Shown here: positions 61,260 through 64,000 of the stretch, one piece after another
Numbering within the stretch: position 1 is the stretch's first letter
How the letters are laid out: each line of letters starts with the position of its first letter
Origin: Neoechinorhynchus agilis
Taxonomy: Eukaryota > Animalia > Acanthocephala
NCBI GenBank assembly: GCA_051530055.1
Contig: CM121343.1
Span: 5,984,389-6,048,388 of the forward strand
DNA length: 64,000 bases
Direction: 5' to 3'
Program-made: the position numbers and the translations under genes
Notes under the pieces: model-generated
Databases searched by the model: none
Told to the model about the DNA's origin: nothing
The model's input: the letters and a program-made list of their open reading frames with translations, nothing else

Positions 61260-63010
61260 TTAAAAAACCAAGAGAGTATTGGCTTTGATATTGATGGTTT
61301 GCTATGTCGCTTCCCCTGGCTGCTGCATTGGCCGTGTAGATTGCTGTTTGCCGGTTTAGGCTAAATTTTGCTAAGCGGTTGAGAAGGGTTGTCGAGAAAG
61401 ATCCTCGTGATCCGATAGGAATTCCAACTGTAGACACGTTATTAATATTTGTTTTGTAGAGTTGTGCCACAATTGGTCGTAGGACATCGTATTTGCTTTC
61501 TTTGGCTTTTGCCATATCGGCTGCTATATCGTTGACTTCGTAGTAAACGGCGATATCCACGATGTAAACTCTATCGGACTTCGTTTCGCTTATTATGAGA
61601 TCGGGTTTTAAGAGGTTACCGTTTGGGTCATGAAGTCTGGCGCTTTCTTCGATAATGTAGTTATTAACGCCTACTGAGTTTGTGTTGCGGCTGAGTGCTT
61701 TTACAAAGCTTTTTTGAACTTCATCATCGAGCCAGTCGAATAAGGGCACTTGTTTAAGACATGCAGGTACGTCTCGGCTATATGATTGCAATGCCGGCAG
61801 TTCTTTGTCCGCTGCTTATCCATCCTCGATAATACTGATCCGACTTCAAGGAGCTCACTCCTGAGCTTTATGAGTTCAAGGTAATTTTTATGGGTAGTTT
61901 GACGATAGCGATACAAAATCAGTTTCTGGTCCATGAACCCATTCACGAAGGATTGGTAGCCGCTGGATTGTGTAGGAGTTGAGTCCCAAGACTTGATTAG
62001 GAATTGAGTTTTTTAAGGCATCAACGGTCATTTGATTTATAACAACTTCCTTCATGACTGCAGTGATTAATTTGCTATCATTTGCCGCGAATATTGGTTC
62101 GTCCGGGAACGTTATTTCGAGGCTTAGGTAGGCTGCAATTCGTTGCTGAGACAGACTTCGTATTTCATGGACCTAAAGCCCAAGGCGCCCATTCTCAGGG
62201 GCAAGTAGAATAAACCTGTGCTAATATAAGGAGGGAAATATAATATTTTTTTGGCTTTTTCCGCCAGTATTCACCTATTTCGGTTAGAAATGTATGGCAT
62301 GTAGTTAGTGATGATGCTAACTCCGGTAAAAAAGAGGGTAATCAATAGCCATTCAATAAATGCGCTGCCTGGGTGGGTGATAATCCTGCACTTTTTGGTT
62401 GATAGGAATGCATCATCTATTTTGTTCAAGAATTCGATGTTTCGGCGGCCTACAAATGGGTTTCCTCCTATGTAATTGGGTCGCCATCTAATATTGGACT
62501 TAATGGACAGCCGGAAATGTTGGCAATCGGCTTTGTATCGACTATCATTCTTCCTTGCTTAAACCGAATCGAGTATGTGGAACATTTCAGTGGGTTAAAA
62601 AGGATAGACCTAATTCGGCTATTGAAGCCTGTGCAATGTCCAGCTTTGACTGTACGCCTTCGGTTGAACCACTAACCGAAAGGGTGTCGTCCGCGTAGAC
62701 CAAGTGTCCTATCGAGGTTTCGCTTAATTTTAGGTCACTATTGAGCAGACGTAATTTACGGAGCGAGCGACAATGTCGTATGATTTCGTTTAGGACTATA
62801 TTATTCGCGAGGCAAGCTGATCCATTAGGCAACGTCTGCCCACCGTCCAAATCGTAGCATTGACGGATTCGACCTAAAAGTACCCGATGAAATAAACGCA
62901 TTAAGAAAGACGGGATCGTTATTGGGGGCCAGCATGATATGTTGCGCAATTCTTCGTTTGAGTTAGCAGCTTTAGGTATTAGAATTGTTTTGTCTTCTTT
63001 CCATTGACTT
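61260..63010 (-). mobile_element. RLE-type (NeSL/R2/Utopia-like) non-LTR retrotransposon fragment: internally deleted RT, CCHC knuckle, PD-D endonuclease
   Basis: PSQWKEDKTILIPK..PITIPSFLMRLFHRVL..HLVYADDT; CRHCNHIAETYLHVLNKC; KPDLII..VYIVDIAVYYE..KESKY..GIPIGSRG. Confidence 0.88.
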
Positions 63011-63142
63011 GGGGACGCTCACTCTGAAAAGGTCAGAAAAGGGATAAACTGTCGGACAAAGAAACCGTGAAGCGGCGAAAATTCGGACAAAATTAAAAAA
63101 TAAAAACATCATACTCGGGAACGTTTTGGGAAAATCTATCTA
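63011..63142. repeat. Second copy of the Penelope 3-prime end: 48 bp direct plus ~84 bp inverted
   Basis: 63011-63058 matches 59582-59632 (direct); 63059-63142 is the reverse complement of ~59504-59578. Confidence 0.88.
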
Positions 63143-63379
63143 TAACAAGGCGAGTACGCAACAAAGATGCCTTCCATCAATTAGTATTCGCTGTAATTAA
63201 TCGAAGAGCGACGATAAAGTGAAAGTAGCCGAGAGGTAGTTGGAGAGCCTTACACTCATTGCTATGAAGAACAAAGTGGCACTCATAGACCCTGAAGTCG
63301 CGTACAACACTAGCCAACTTGACATTCCAAGCACAACGTTCAATGCGATATCCAGTTCCACTTTATCTTTTCTTTGACC

Positions 63380-63720
63380 CTACCAGACACGCCACGCTGC
63401 TGGGTTGCCCGATGTATGAAAGACGAATTAGGAGACGAGGATACTTAGTTGAAGCGTAAACGAGACCGACCCATTTTTTTATCTTCGCTTCGTTTAATCA
63501 AATATGATCGAACTGATCACGAAACCTTAGTAACTCCAATGCTCCTTCGAGGACAACCCTGTATCTCTGACAAAATCTATGGTTTCGTATGCAAAATGAT
63601 ACTGGTGCTCACTGATGAGTCCCGCTTTCCCGGAAAGTATCCGAGAATCCGGAGGGATGCATACAAACTTATAACCGTACGGTCTTGGGGCATTCAGCGC
63701 ATAGCAGCGGTTCCCCGACC
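63380..63720 (+). pseudogene. Possible highly degenerate Tc1/mariner transposase fragment
   Basis: RRIRRRGY, ILVLTDESRF (like the first DDE motif) and ITVRSWG (like VMVWG); broken frames. Confidence 0.3.
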
Positions 63721-64000
63721 AATGAATCGCTGGACTGTGTGTCCATTCGACCGTGTATGGAAAAAATATCTATCAAAAGACTACCGGCTGAGCCACATAT
63801 AAAAAAATTCTAAAAAAAGTAGTATTTCAAATAAATACCTCGTAATAAAAGTTTTTGATTCTATCAAGTATTAAATCTAGGTAATTTAAAATGTAACATG
63901 ACCTTATATAAAAAATACCTTGTCTAAACTTAGACAAAAGGGCAAAACCGGCTCATGTTCATGTCTAAGAGATAATTACCTTTATTTTGTCTTAAGATTT

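Noticed and set aside
63612-63665. CTGATGAGTCCC as a classic hammerhead core
   Set aside because: The helix II partner GGGAT is followed by GCAT, not GAAA; better explained as coding for TDESR.

Overview
AT-rich animal genomic DNA with very short GT-AG introns (about 37-60 nt). The likely host is a rotifer-related (Syndermata) animal, inferred from one Pro-rich protein family and the many Penelope-type hammerhead ribozymes. Positions 1-49 kb hold ordinary host genes (RAB11FIP3/4-like, SLC35F, ubiquitin-like, WIPI/ATG18, GLUT-type transporter, SPEN-like RRM gene, a small Cys-rich secreted peptide). These are interleaved with six unrelated tandem arrays (118-304 bp units) and many short fold-back elements. 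One array and several fold-backs carry minimal type-I hammerhead ribozymes (HHR). Positions 50.6-63.1 kb form a block whose ORF fragments all lie on the minus strand: LINE, Penelope, CRE and NeSL/R2-type retroelement pieces. They surround a ~5 kb GC-richer, intronless cassette that looks like a near-complete endogenised dsRNA virus with a toti/giardia-like (Ghabrivirales-like) RdRp. Its upstream ORFs are unusual and appear chained by TGATG and ATGA stop/start overlaps. Homopolymer-type frameshifts in host genes suggest uncorrected long-read errors, so the viral copy may be more intact than it looks. All family calls come from recalled motifs; no searches were run.
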